A stretch of DNA of 63,849 bases, filler included, from Sluysia triapertura (GCA_046118255.1; 5 parts of 5 records of this genome joined end to end with filler, not necessarily neighbours in it); one strand, 5' to 3'. Shown: positions 38,843 through 52,718, counted from the whole stretch's first letter. Notes: generated by a model not told the origin, from the letters alone. Numbers and translations are program-made.

Positions 38843-39625
38843 ATGGTTTGGTGCATAAGTTCGAGCGGTTTTTTACAATTATTTAAAATGCAAAAAATTC
38901 CAGATAACAAAATGAATTTATTAAATCGTTAAGAAAAACAAATACCTCAGTCTCAATCGGTGAGATATTCTCCGCCACTTTCTTCGATCACTTCTTTCCA
39001 CCGTTCTGTCACTTTGTCAATCCCACGTTTGAAGAAGCTTGGCGATTTTTGGTCGAAAAATTTTTCAATCAACGTTGTTATTGCTTCTTTGTTTTCAAAT
39101 GTGAGACCAGAAAGATGGTTCGACATGGAGCGGAAAAGATGAAAATTTGTTGGGGCCGAGTCGAGTGAATACGGAGGATGGTGAAGAACTTCCCATCCAA
39201 GCTCTTCAATAGCCAACTTTGTCATTGTGTCTGTAAATTATCTTCTTCCTCTTTGTTTTGATTGCAGTGTTTACTCGCTTCAGTCGTTCACAATAAAGTT
39301 CGGCATTGATTGTTTGGTTTCTTGGCAAAATTTCGTAATAGCACCAACTTGGTCTTACCAAACACACAAGATTTTGAGTTGGTGAACTTCAGGTTTCAAA
39401 CGTGGTTGTGGTTGTAAATTTGTGTTTCCAATTTACATGCCAGAAATGTTCATTTTTATCTACCAGGCACTCCATTTTAATAAGGGTAATGAAAATGAAA
39501 GTTAGTCTAATATGATTTAAATAGATAATTCGGCTCAATGAATATAACTCAAATTAGTTAAAACAAGAAGTTTGTGTGTGTGTTTTTCAACAAATAAAAC
39601 CGCACGAATTTATGCACCAACCTAA
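38843..39625 (-). mobile_element. Internally deleted mariner (DD34D) transposon, 783 bp
   Basis: About 30-bp TIRs (ttaggttggtgcataaattcgtgcggtttt and a diverged partner) with TA flanks. C-terminal transposase LGWEVLHHPPYSLDSAPTNFHLFRSM..GIDKVTERW..GEY. Confidence 0.95.
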
Positions 39626-40303
39626 TATAATCATTTGTATAAATAAAGTCTTATGTAATTCTTCCTTTGTTTGATTTGTATAAATAAAGTTTCGATAATT
39701 AAGGATAAAATTTAATTTGAACCTATTTTGAAAATTAAATAGAGCACTAAGTAGTTATTTAAGGCTAAACGTGGGATTGTAATAGAGAATCCAGTATCCA
39801 AAGAGTTTTAAAAATATAACTGATTAATAAAATCTATAAATGAAACATAACATTACGAAATTAAAAATTTTAATAATTCAGAGAGCTATTTATTAGTGAG
39901 TAATCTACTAAAGCACGACAATAAAAAAACTGGAAAAAGATCCTGTTCAATCTTAAAAGAACTCCTACAGGATATAAATAATGGACTCTAGGCAAAACCA
40001 AATATTAAACTTATTTTGTAAGTTTTTATTTAGATAAAAATACTGTAAATTGAATATATCTAAAATATGTAGTTTTATATAAAATAAAATATGTTGTTTA
40101 AAGTGTTTTTGAGTGTCATTAAATTATAAAGCAGATGTTATTAGAATGAAAATGGATCATAAATCGGGGTTTTAATTGGTTGGAGGTAGTTTATTAATTT
40201 ATGGATGTAGCATGTTGTGATTATTTTAAAGCTTTGGCAGAGCTTGAAAAAGATTCATGTATAAACTGCATACTGATTGGTTAAAAAAAGTAATATTTTA
40301 GAT

Positions 40304-40373
40304 CAGGGCTTCTTAAACTGTGGGTCGCGAGACTACTGAAAGGGGGTCGCAAAGATCTGATACTTTTCAATCA
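40304..40373 (+). mobile_element. hAT-type terminus running into the gap
   Basis: ttttagat|CAGGGCTTCTTAAACT followed by GGGTCGC subterminal repeats, typical of Buster/SPIN-like hAT ends. Confidence 0.6.
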
Positions 40374-40473
40374 NNNNNNNNNNNNNNNNNNNNNNNNNNN
40401 NNNNNNNNNNNNNNNNNTTAATTAATTAANNNNNNNNNNNNNNNNNNNNNNNNNNNNNNNNNNNNNNNNNNNN
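40374..40473. other. Assembly gap with linker
   Basis: N44-TTAATTAATTAA-N44. Confidence 0.98.
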
Positions 40474-41281
40474 GTAATTAACTTACATTTAAGTTCGTTG
40501 AAACATGTAGTAGCTTGGTCTTACTAAACAAGGATAATCAGTATTTTTTGAATCCGACGATAGATTCGTAATTAGTTAATTGTTTCTATAATGATTGACT
40601 CACGTCTATTGAATCTAACATAAGAAAAAATTTAAATCTATTTTCAGCATTATCAATACAAGATAGACTAATACTGAAAATCGATATTGTGGTTATCTAA
40701 CTCATTCATTCAAAATTTTCCACTACACAAAACATCAAACACCTACATAACCTCATAACAGTAAAATATCTTAATATATTAAAAATTTACAATAAAATTT
40801 CTAAAAACAATTTCAACTTTTCTTAATTCTCTAGCATAACTCTCATTTCCTAACCTTCAATCTTATTTGCTTTCCTAACTTACAATTTTTAACACTCCTT
40901 TTACACTTTAACTAATTGTTTAACATTATAAACTTTTTTCTGTATTTCTTTACACTCAATATGCTTAGCGATGTGCAAAAGAACTTTATGACCAATAAAA
41001 TTGTACAATGAGGAATTTTGAGTAAGGTATACCAAAGTTAAATCACAGGTACCCATCTTCATCATTTACATCAAATATTTACCCTAAGATATTATCTAGT
41101 GCTCTACAAAAAATGTTACTACTACATCCAGTAATAACAACAATAGTTTCGTTAATAAATTCGAAATAGAAGCTTATGTGTGGTTTTCGTTTTATTAGTA
41201 AAAAGTCTTTATTTATGTTAATGAAATTCTTATTTAATTTAGAAAACTTGCATTCTTTATGAGATTTTATACTATAATTTA

Positions 41282-41500
41282 TACTTTCATTACAATTTAA
41301 ATCACTTGAATCAGAGATCTCATTTTTACTAGAGTTACTCGAATTACTTTTACTAACACTATCTTCGATATTTCTCGGATGAATGTCACCGTAATCAACG
41401 TGTTCATTGATTTGAACAAGACAATTAAATTCATTTGAATCATCATGTCAACCAATTGGCAGCTAAATTAGTTAAAAATCTAACTGCTTGTTCATACAAA
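41282..41500 (-). pseudogene. Partial tandem duplicate of the RIO2-like sequence
   Basis: Clear nucleotide similarity to 41948-42166; encodes HDDSNEFNCLVQ. Confidence 0.8.
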
Positions 41501-41681
41501 AGGTGTGCTCAAGGCACATCGAAATGTTTATATTGTGCCGGTGAGGGCGAGTAAAGTAAAAATACACTAGAATTATTTTATTAAAATATAAGTACGACAC
41601 ACTCAGTCATTTTTAAAATATAAAAAGATATAATACTAAAAGGAAAGATCTTACACTGATAATATGTTTTCACGCACACGT

Positions 41682-42514
41682 TCACATCATGATTGTGCCT
41701 AGAACATATATTTTGCAAATGATAAATCCTCCTATAACAGCTTCCATTTTAGTCATAGAACCTGGAGACTTTAAAACTACTGTATTAAAAAAATTAGAAA
41801 AATAACATGCGATATCATTACAATGTCTTTCACAAATTTCTCGTGCTTCATTATCATCTCGACTAATCATCTGAAGAAAATCTATCACCATTTGCTTAAA
41901 TGATTCAACATTATCGCCAAAGTAAGGGCATCTTTCCTCTTCTCCATTACTTTCATTACAATTTGAATTACCTGAATCAGAGATCTCCTTTTACTGGAGT
42001 TACTCGAACTACTTTCACTAACAATATCTTCGATATCGCTCGGATGAATCTCATCATAATCAAGGTGTTCATTAGTTTGAACAAGAAAATTAAATTCGTT
42101 TGAATCAATATGTATCACCCATTGGCAACTAAGTTAGTTAAGAATCTAACTGCTAGTTTATACAACACTTCAGCAACACCTCTTCTTAAAACTTCTCAAT
42201 CTAAATAATGGTACACTTCCACTAATGTAACTCATAACACATCCGCGATTCTTAGCATAAGGAACAGGAACTGGAAATCTAGCTTCATGTAATACTTTCA
42301 TCGTTTCAAATTCTAAACTTGCTGATGTTCTGTTCGCTTCAAAACGAGAACATTTATTACTATTCGGCTGGTAAGTTCTAGATAAGATTTTGTCGAAATT
42401 GATTATTGCTTCGTCTTCAAACTTGTCATCAACTTTCATTTCAACATCACTATTTTTATCAAGTTCATCATGAAATTCTGGACCGTCAACAACAGCATAC
42501 TGATCCGTTTCAAA
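41682..42514 (-). pseudogene. RIOK2: Intronless, frameshifted RIO2-like atypical kinase
   Basis: EFETMKVLHEARFPVPVPYAKNR..VMSYI, IHIDSNEFN and VIDFLQMIS....A.....R....I..YF versus RIOK2 [40 protein letters not shown] and MIDFPQMVS. Spread over three ORFs. Confidence 0.85.
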
Positions 42515-43629
42515 CTACTAGGTCAATATTGTGAATATTTAAACAAACACTAAATAAAACAAATAAATCCCAATTACTAAATAAAAGCACCTTTTTAAAA
42601 ATCAAATTATTTTTTGTAATTTTTTTGGCAAAAGTACCGAATTGATTAACATTTATTTGAATCACTCCATCCGTAAATGTTTTTAGATATTTAATTACAA
42701 GTATTGATATGCTTCAAAAACAATTCTACATTTTCTAAATTAAGTTTTTTTTAACTATACTACTTTTATTATATTCGTATAAAATACTTTTTATATTCCT
42801 CTCGATAGCATCAATATCTTTAATAACTTGTTTTGCTTCTTGTATTCTAGCATCGCAAAACTTAACTGTTGTTAAACATACATATACTATGTTAATCATA
42901 TTAAACCTTCAATTAAATTTTTATAGCTATCGCTATACATTTTGAAATTACCAAATTTTGTTGTAAAGTAAATGAAATGGTTAATGATAATCAAAGCATT
43001 AATTCGATATTGCAGATTTTCTGTTATTTTTAACATACAAAATATGTCTGCACTTGACTTCATGTTGAACCGAGATTGGTGTTTTCAAACAACACCTTTT
43101 TTATCATTATTTCCTAAAGATTTGATTGTATTTTTTAATTCAGTATTTTCTTTCATAATAATATCAAATTGAGTATTCATGCATTGGAAGCCTGAGATTA
43201 CGTAGGACTTGGTGCATTTCTAGTACTAGTCTTAAATCAAATATTCTTCGCATGTATCACGGTCATATTGATTAAGCTTCCGATTTAAAATACATAGGAA
43301 GTATTAAAATATCAAATAGTTAGAATAATAATAAAAGTCGTTACAAAGTATAGTTTCAGAATTGGATTTGTGAGGTAGTAAAGAAAGGCGATAATAAAAT
43401 ACAATAAAAAGGTAGTGTTGCAGTGATGATGAGGTGGCAAAAAGCGTTGCGTATTATATAAAAAAATGTTAATAAAAGAGATTTTATTACGTATTTATGA
43501 TTTGCCGATGATAAAAGGTGTTATATTACAAATATTACGCATGAGTTTTATTTTAATATGATTTTTGTTTGTGATGAGGTTTATGTGGTTGATGGTTGTA
43601 GTGGATGAGATGTGTGTAATATAACAGGG

Positions 43630-44150
43630 TGTAACACCACAACCACAATTAGTATTACTGCCATTCACAAGAGCAATGCCGCCTTTACAAGCACAGCAAA
43701 ACTATCAAATTTCTCCATTAATCATCCGAAACTTCAACTTCATCTGGTATGGAAACATATAATAGTAATAATAGTATTGTAATAATAAATTTCTTTATAT
43801 AACAACTTGTTTATTATTACTTATTCACTATGTAAGTAAAATAAAAATAAAATACAAATTTACTTCCAATTTAAATTAAAAAAGTAATAATTTTATTTCC
43901 AATTTAGATTAACTTTTACTTAAATTAATAATAATGCATAAGTTTTAAAGAAAAATAATGATAACTTAATGGATTTTCAATTAGAATAATGAAAAAAGTA
44001 ATTACAAACGAATAATAATAGTTATAGGTAATTACACAACGGGTATAAATAGAAAGACATTTTGGCTGACAAGGTACAATTTTTAGAAGATTTAATCATT
44101 CAAGGTACCATTTTTAGAAGAAGATTAAATCATTCAAGAAGATTTTAATT
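43630..44150 (+). mobile_element. Possible 5' LTR (TG 43630 ... CA 44059), PBS-like junction and tandem leader repeats
   Basis: tgtaaca...gaca|tttTGGCTGACAAGG, then repeated caaggtac.atttttagaaga..aatcatt units. No gag recognised. Confidence 0.35.
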
Positions 44151-47100
44151 GTTAATCGATCCAGTTGATTTTAGTAAGGAGAAATTAATCATTCCTAACA
44201 AGGTATTTAATTTAAGACACTCATTTATTACATTAATTTGTTATTAACGACTTTGATTAATTTGATCGTTTTCTTTAAGAACAGTAAGGTAATTACGAGC
44301 ACTTCGAATTTTGTAACTATATTTTGTAATTAAACTACATTTTGTAATTAAACTCTAATAAAGATTCTTACGATTTTGTAACTAAACATTTTGTATTATT
44401 TTGTGTCACATATTCAGCAATTCTATAATTTATAATTGTAACGTATTCAGTGGTTTTAACTAAATTATATTAAATAATTTGTGTTAATTTGTAAACATTT
44501 GTTAATCATATTTATTTCGATTTTGTCATACTACTAAATATTTAGTTTTGCTTTTTTGAAATTATTTAAATGAAGTTTTTTCTTTATTATTTTAATCTAT
44601 TACTTTGGGATTGAGAAATAGCACTTCCATCTCTAACTGATAAAAATTTCCAATTTGAAAATTTACTCCAGTAATCGAAATTAGTGTCGTTATGAGTTAT
44701 AACAAATTCGACCCACAAGGTTGATGGTCAATTATCATTATTTAGTAATTGTGATGGCCTGTAGTTTTAGTATTAAAAAACTTATTACTCATGAATGACT
44801 TAAGGCCCAGATTTAGTTTATTAATTAAGAAAATTGTGTTCTTGTTACGGGACTTAAAGTCCGGAATCGAATTGTTAAGTTTGGAAAGCTTAAAGGTTTC
44901 TTATAATTAGGTTTCTTAGTATTGAAAAATATAAAGAACAATAATAAATTCCTATTACTATAAAAAATGACAAACACAACAAAGACATTTCGAGACAAAG
45001 TATTTACATTGACCAGTAAAGTAAGAGCCTCATCAAGAACAAACCTGTATCGTAAACGGAAATAACTTCATGAGCTATTTGAAAACATAAATGTTATTTT
45101 GAACAATATGTATATCATGAAAGAGTTTCTCGACAAATTGAATCAAGTCGAACTTTTAATTCATTTTTGAAAATATACATTCCTGCAAACTTGGACAGTT
45201 TTCAATGGATATTTTTGAGATGTAGCATTAAGTTTGTTGGATTGTTAAAAACGTGGATTGCTCTGTTCTTATATTGAAAATTATCAAATATTATTTATTA
45301 TCGATTATAAATAAAATCTGTATTTATATTATATAAAATAAAATAGTAAATATTTAAATTTAACATTTTACAAAATAAAATGAATTAAAATTTTATTAAA
45401 ACAATTCCGTCTTGAAATAGTTTTATTTTTGCTTTACTAAATTAATGTTATTAATTCATTAACAAACAAATATGCCCGCTAATTGTGGATTTATTCAATA
45501 TTAACACAGTAAAATTTTCCAGGAGTATCGAAATCAAAAAAGATGTTGATGAAGGGGAGAATTTCGATAATGATAGAATTAGCTTTAAAATTTTAGTATT
45601 AATGGCTTTATTGTAAGATGATATATAGAGTATGTTTTATGGATGAATTCCGCAGGATACCACAGTAACTACGACAATTTATCCTAATTGATCAGATTTG
45701 ATTTTTACTATACACGTGAGTTTTTTAAATTACATTCCTCTAGTAAAACATTTGTTTATTTTTTATACTAAATTAGTGTATAAACATTTATAAAATTTAT
45801 AAGTATAATTTTCTAAGAAAATTTTTGTTTAAATTTAATAGTTTGTCACAGTTATGATTGTAATATTTAAATAACAGTTTTCTTTTAAAATTGTCCTTTT
45901 TTGAACAAGGGGGATTGTTCAATAACGGAGATTTGTTCCTTTTTGAAAATGTATTATAAAAACATTAATCTATCAAATAAGCACTTCCATCTCGAAGTGC
46001 AGAGTCGAGTATCGAGTTTGATCTCTAAATAAAAAAGAAAAAGTTGTAAAGAATTATCGAATAAACTAAATAGTACCCTTTTAGATTAATTAAGTATAGA
46101 AAAGGTTAATTCAAACTCAATTAGCCAATAAGAGAAATATAGAGAAAATTTGCAAACATATAAAGAAATAAAGTTAAACTATAACTATAAGCAAATAAAG
46201 TATTATTATAAGGATTATGATTTTATACGAGAAAGTATAAAATTGTCATTATAATACATAAAACTTAACAGTAAAAAAGAGAATTTAATTTAAATCAAAA
46301 ATCATTTGATTAGTAATTAGGATTTTGAAACTCAGTAAACTATAGAGAATAAACTGAGTAATTTATAAATATAAAGTTAACATATACAGTAACTAACCGA
46401 TTAAAGTATTACTAATAAGCTTATGAGTTTTTACATAATGTACAAGTTAAAAATTTTATTAAAGGACAAAATTTGAAAGTCAAGTTTAACATTATCGGCA
46501 AAAGAATAAATTTCAAGAATTAAATTTTAAAACCGACTAGAAATTAAGACCTGAGATTAAATAAAACATAACATATAACTACATAATAGCTACCATTTTA
46601 TAACTTTACCAGTACATTAAATTGTAATGCGACGTAAAATGCAGGATTTAATAAAAATAGAATAGCAACTGATAATAAAATGACAATAATAAAGATAATA
46701 AGAAAGTGATAATAACGCATCGTAAAACACAATAAGGCGAGCAGCTAACAATAATGAAGCGAACTATAAAGATAATAATAAAAAACAAGTAACAACAATA
46801 ACAAAAATGAATTGAAAAGGAGTTTATTTATGTATAAGTATTATTGTCGCTGTTAAAGCTATTGTTGAAAGATGCTGTTACTTTGAATTTAGGTTTTTTT
46901 AAGATAGTTGTTTATGTTTGAAGTGAAAGTTGTGAGATAAATTGTTTACCTGTATAAGTACAGAAAGATGTGTTTGTGTTAAGATATGTTGTTACTTGTG
47001 TTTTTATTGTTGTATGTTTGAAGGTAAAGTATGTTATTATTGTTTTGGGGTTAAACTCACCACTTCAGAAGTTGAGTGTGAAGTGAGAAAACGCTTGACA

Positions 47101-48595
47101 AAAACGCTCTAAATTTAATGGCTTACTGCCAAAAATTGTTCTTTAATTTTAGTTTTATTATGAAATCTCCATAATGAACACTGACATCTTTATTTGTAGT
47201 TTGTTAAACAATGTTTAACACAATGATCAGACAGCTGTACACGAAGGATAATTTGGGCAAATTTAATAGAAACTAATTTTTATCGAAGCAACCTCTTGAT
47301 TTCCGACCACAACAAACTCTTTATTCGTGATCACTCTCAATTCTGTAAGACCTATAAGACAAAATTCTTCTTTTCCCCATGCTGCAGAACACGGTGAAAG
47401 CCAGTGGTTTTAATAGCATCAAAGTCCAATATCAAAGAACGTTGTATAAGATAGATATTTTAACATTTTTCCACAAATAGGCGACGTTAATTCTAGAAGG
47501 TTTAATAGTTAATCCCAAAAATTCAACTAACTTTAAAACCTTCATTACTTTCTTGGTCTTAACAACGGCAGATTAATTATATCGTCTTCCTCATACTCTT
47601 AGTCTTGGTAATTTTAAGAACGTGTTTAGTTTGATTAATGTTTGACAAATATAATACAACTGCAGATGAAATCATCATAATTTTCCTTTGTTCATTAAAT
47701 TATGCAACAAACACATTTTTTATAAAAAGAAATTTCACCGTTTGTTTTTTCGAAATTCTTATACCACCAAATAAAAAATTAACGCGACATCAAGCCATAT
47801 TGTGGTAATTCGAAACGCAAGCCCATGCTTTCTCAAATTACACCTTCAAATACTCACACAGCATAAAAAATATACTCTTCATTTCAACTCTTTATCTTGG
47901 TACTTTGATACCCTTATAACACATTAATCTCCTTTACAGAACCTATGACTCCATAATTCTACGTCTATTCTAAGACTTAATCAAGTACTTTTGGACTATC
48001 ATTCTAAATTTGAAAAATGTTAAATTTTTTAACTGGCGCCTTTTAACTTAACCTTCAAATTTTTGTAATTTATACAAATAATAATTTTTTTATATTTAAT
48101 AAAGCATCCATTCAATGTTTTTATAAATAAACGAAAAGTTTAAGCACCTTAAGTGCAAAAACAAGATCGTTAAAAACATTTTCTCTTAAACAGTGCAATT
48201 TTAATTTTATAATCAGAATTAATTTCAAGAATTGTTTTTAAATTGATTTAGTTGAAGCAATCTACCCAGAAAGTGAACATGTACTTATTCCAGACAATTC
48301 TTATATATGCATGTTATTTTTTTACTTTCACATTTAAATGATAGAGCTAATAAATTGTTAAATCAGGACCGATCCAAGGATAGCGCAAATGATACAGGCA
48401 CACAAGACCCTGTGTTTCCGAAGTCAGTTCTGCTTATGTCAATGAATTTGGTATACAACATAAAAGAAAATTAAATATGATGAAATATTTTTTGTTTACT
48501 ATAACAAAATTTAATTGGCAAAAGATTTTTTGAGATTGAAATATTCATTTTATTAAATTATTTTATTTATTTATCATTTTCATATACCTATCAGA

Positions 48596-48596
<1 letters not shown>

Positions 48597-48665
<69 letters not shown>
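48597..48665. repeat. (AAT)n microsatellite
   Basis: Visible tandem repeat. Confidence 0.95.
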
Positions 48666-48667
<2 letters not shown>

Positions 48668-49601
48668 TTCGGACGTACTAAAATCATTATTTAGACTACT
48701 AAATGATTGAAAAAGAAAGTAATACAAATTGATGTTTGAGTCAAAATTTGTTGAGACAAACCAATGCAATAAAATTGACACAGAACTAAAAAACGAATTT
48801 AACAATCACTTATTCAAAATTCGAATTTTGTATTCTTAGTCCAAACTATTGTTTGGTACTATTGAATCTGCTCATTCATTTTGAGATTCATATTAACTGC
48901 ATAATTTCCAAAACACATTACAAATGAAAACACGGTAAGCTTTATATCATTAAGTTTTATCTTCCTTAAGCGAAAATTTAAAATCAACGAAATTTGTAAT
49001 CATTTTCTTGCTCCTGGTTTAAATCTAGGTATTAAAATCATTTGTAAATTATCAAATTTAATTTTAATTTAAATACTTAATATTTTAAATTATATTATTT
49101 ATATTAAATTATATCATTTTAAATTATATTATTGTTTTTATTTTTATATTGTTTGTATAATTGTATACTTTGTTAACAAATCTTAAGCATTCATTTTGTT
49201 TTTGGGTTTTACTATATCGAAGAAAAGATAATTTAGAATAGTTAAAATAGAAGACATCATATTAGCAAAATTCAAAATTATAACGAATATAAGTTTTACT
49301 GTTGATAAGAGTAACAAATTATTAGAATAATTGTTTAAGGAAAACTGATCCGAATTTGGCTAACATAATTTTCCCAGTTAAGAAATAAATATATAAAACG
49401 AAGTATATCCATTAAGAGTCATTTCTCTCTTGTGAAAAATCACGAAATTCAATAAATTATTTTCAAGAATTTGGTTTCAAGATTACTTAAAATAACTTTG
49501 CATCGCATCAGCCCTGATTGTAATATCTGGCAAGACAATTGTGGATACTTTAAATTAGTTTATTACCATGGTGGGTTTTTATAATTATTAAATATAATTT
49601 A

Positions 49602-51811
49602 TGTAGTGGCCATATTTAATAGTTACCATATTTAATAGTTACAAGTTAAAGTCCACCAAAACCCAATTTTCAAAACAATCACACCTTTTTACTATCAAAC
49701 TACACCAACATAATCACCGTAAATAACATTCCATTAACTTACACACATCAACAATTCAACCAACACTTTAACCATCCATAGATCAACAACTCCGACATTT
49801 AATCTCCAATAACTCACAACATTCACTCATAAGATATTCTAACAAACAAACCACAATCACACAATAAAATACATAAATCATAAACATAATAACACCTTTC
49901 AACAACATTAACAAGCACCTCAGAAATGTAAATCTTTTACATCAAAATCTTTAATCAACTCCACCAAGCTAAATCTACTTCATATATACATATTCATTAT
50001 TAACATTTATTCGTAATAACATTATAATATACTAAGATTTATTTTGTAATTATCTTTTAAAACTAAAATTAATTTCAACCTTTCAATAACCATTTCAAAC
50101 TATCACATTCAAGGACTAAATCTTAACAAATTTTAGTAAGTTATTCTAACACTCTTCGCCTTTAGTATAATTCAAGTCATTTCTCTTACAATTATAAATT
50201 AACTTAATAAAGCCTTAAAGAGTTTGTTATTTTAAGCATGAAGCAACAGCGATGACCAAGACGAGTGTACCTTATCATCGTTGCTCTTTCACAGCATTTC
50301 ATTAGTTTTGTGCCTTTTAATTTTGTACGTGTAAGAACGACAAAGAATACAAAGAAAAAGTTCGTGTAAAGCTCAAGTATAAAAGATATTTATGTATTTC
50401 ATCTTTTTCATCTATTAATAATAATAATAACAATATTCTTGTCGTTATTAATATTATTATTATTGTTGTTGTTGTTAGTATTGTTATTATCATTAGTCGC
50501 TTTAATTCATTAAATCATTCAATTAATTTTTGTCGTCGCCATCATCAGTAGTGACATTTTATTCATTATTTCATCTGCACATCACTACCGATGGTGGTTC
50601 AATATCATAAATCGATTAAATTTTGTCATCGCCCAATCAGAGTGCATATAACTCTCAATTTACTTAAAATACTCTGATTGGGCTAGCTGGAAAACGAATC
50701 AAAAATTAAAAATTTTTACATGGCAATAAAACTTTCCAACAATTAAAAAATCAGATACAGTAATATTTTCAAAAATTTTATGTCATTTTATTAATAAAAT
50801 TATCAAAAAATTTTTATTAAATGAAAACAGTTAAAACAAAGTAGTCAAATAATTATTATCGTTGTTGAAGTGACGTTCATGGAATGAAGAATATGCAATG
50901 TGATTTATATAATGATAAAAAAGACCAAAATTTATTCGATAAAATATGCTCTGACTTAGACGATATGTCAGAAGAAGATTATTTTGTTTTATGGTTGGTA
51001 AAAAATGAAAACGCCAAAACGAATTCATTGAAATTCGTAAATAAACATTATCATCAAAATCCAATGATTGATACGATGAACAGCGATCTAGACGGGTCAA
51101 TTCATGTCTTGCAGATCGTAATGTTTGACCCCGATATAGGCCTAAAGACAAATGAAAAGTTTAAGTTAAACATGAATGCTCTAAGAAAATATGTTACTGT
51201 CGACAGAACATGCATGAATCTCTTTCATAGAGTGGAATACGATAACTTAGTTGAAACGTTTACAAAAGACTGTTCTAATTAATAAAATTGTGTTGTCAGT
51301 ACTAGATGGGTACTTGCGACTAAAGAATTGGTTAAAAGATAAAATAAAGATTATACGATCAATAAATTACAGTGGGTTTGTAAATGAGGATCCCATCAGG
51401 ATTAACAATATGCATCTTATTTCCATTCACTTAGAATTATTAAAAATCACGATATCACGAGAACGCTATCATGACGAAATTCGGGAAAGTACAAGAAGTT
51501 CAGTGTTCATCAGCGAAAAGATAAAAACCCTTAGTAATTATGAAAGCAGTAAAGAAAAGCCAACTACATTTGGTAGTCATTACGATGATAAAATATCCTC
51601 TACAAACTATGACTGTCAATGCAAAATGTTATGCCGTGGTCCATTTCTGATTAATCCTGCTATGTTAGGTGATTTTCTTGACTTAATGTTGTTAAGTAAG
51701 AAGATAATTCTGATCATTAAATTTGCCGACGTATTTTACATTATGCTTGATTTTGTTAGTTTTAAGTTTATATTTTTATGTGATCATCATTTAGATAACT
51801 CGGCACATTAA
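49602..51811 (+). mobile_element. Family Y copy 2: long structured leader, ORF1-like region (50884-51282 and 51251-51811, frameshifted) and APE start
   Basis: Homology to 29090-30321 (-). Longest ORFs of the family. FGSH...CQCKMLCRGP resembles degenerate zinc knuckles; IFLCDHHL resembles APE IFLxEHWL. Confidence 0.6.
50240..50683 (+). other. Cluster of three stem-loops (50240-50290, 50539-50597, 50631-50683)
   Basis: Arms gaagcaacagcgatga/tcatcgttgctctttc, ccatcatcagtagtga/tcactaccgatggtgg and gcccaatcagagt/actctgattgggc. Confidence 0.7.
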
Positions 51812-52019
51812 CAACCACAATAAGTTTATATTTAATAAGATAGTTGATGATAATTCGTTTATGTGTAGGATTGTAAGTCTCTAGTAATATTTTTAATTTA
51901 GAAATACTTGTTTTGAATCAAAGAATATTTTTTTATTACTAACATAAGAGAATAATGATAAGTTGTAAATTTTATTACATGAAAATTTAGTTTATACGTT
52001 AAATAATTTAAGTGAAACT

Positions 52020-52575
52020 CTTCATGGATCAAAATTTTCAAACTTGCCATATTCACTACCACCTCTTGCCACATGACTTGGAGCCTTCTCTCGAGACTGT
52101 CTAAATTAAATAATTTTGACCAATAAGAAATAAAAAAATAAAATTTTACTAAGAATATCTTATTGCAGTACATGTCTTCGTCTCCTTCTTCATTATCAAT
52201 TAGGACTGAATTTGAAATCATGTTCTGTTCATTTACTGTTCTATATTAATTTATCAAACCATATGACCTGGATTCACATTGAGCTTTTGCCTTTTGGTAC
52301 TTATTATATCGAGGCTTAGAAAACTTTGGAATACTTCAACGTCATTCTGATTAACTAAATACTGATAATTACTGAATATTTTAATTATTAGTCGGCTTAA
52401 ACTCCAGTTGACTACTTCTTTTACAAAATAGTGCATTTGATCCAAATCCATATGATCGTCCTTTTAAATATAATGTACTAATAGTATTGGTCATAAAATT
52501 TCTAATAATTGAACTTCCACCTTGTTTACATTGTATGTCTAACGGTAATATCATTGTAGAATTTGAAATTGACAT
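52020..52575 (-). CDS. Probable 3' exons of a spliced gene, possibly the ankyrin gene across the gap
   Basis: Protein-like frames (HYFVKEVVNWSLSRLII..., NMISNSVLIDNEEGDED) separated by short AT-rich GT..AG segments, e.g. 52149-52101. Exact structure ambiguous. Confidence 0.35.
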
Positions 52576-52579
52576 TCGG

Positions 52580-52679
52580 NNNNNNNNNNNNNNNNNNNNN
52601 NNNNNNNNNNNNNNNNNNNNNNNTTAATTAATTAANNNNNNNNNNNNNNNNNNNNNNNNNNNNNNNNNNNNNNNNNNNN
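52580..52679. other. Assembly gap with linker
   Basis: N44-TTAATTAATTAA-N44. Confidence 0.98.
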
Positions 52680-52717
52680 TGCTGTAGGGAAGCTTTTTAG
52701 ATTAAAAAAGAATCCAG

Positions 52718-52718
<1 letters not shown>

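Noticed and set aside
47100-48100. Possible LINE endonuclease remnant (LISDH); similar hints at 15.6-16.0 kb and 59.9-60.7 kb
   Set aside because: Only single short motifs; too decayed to support.
48563-48805. Poly-tyrosine ORF
   Set aside because: Translation of the (AAT)n microsatellite.
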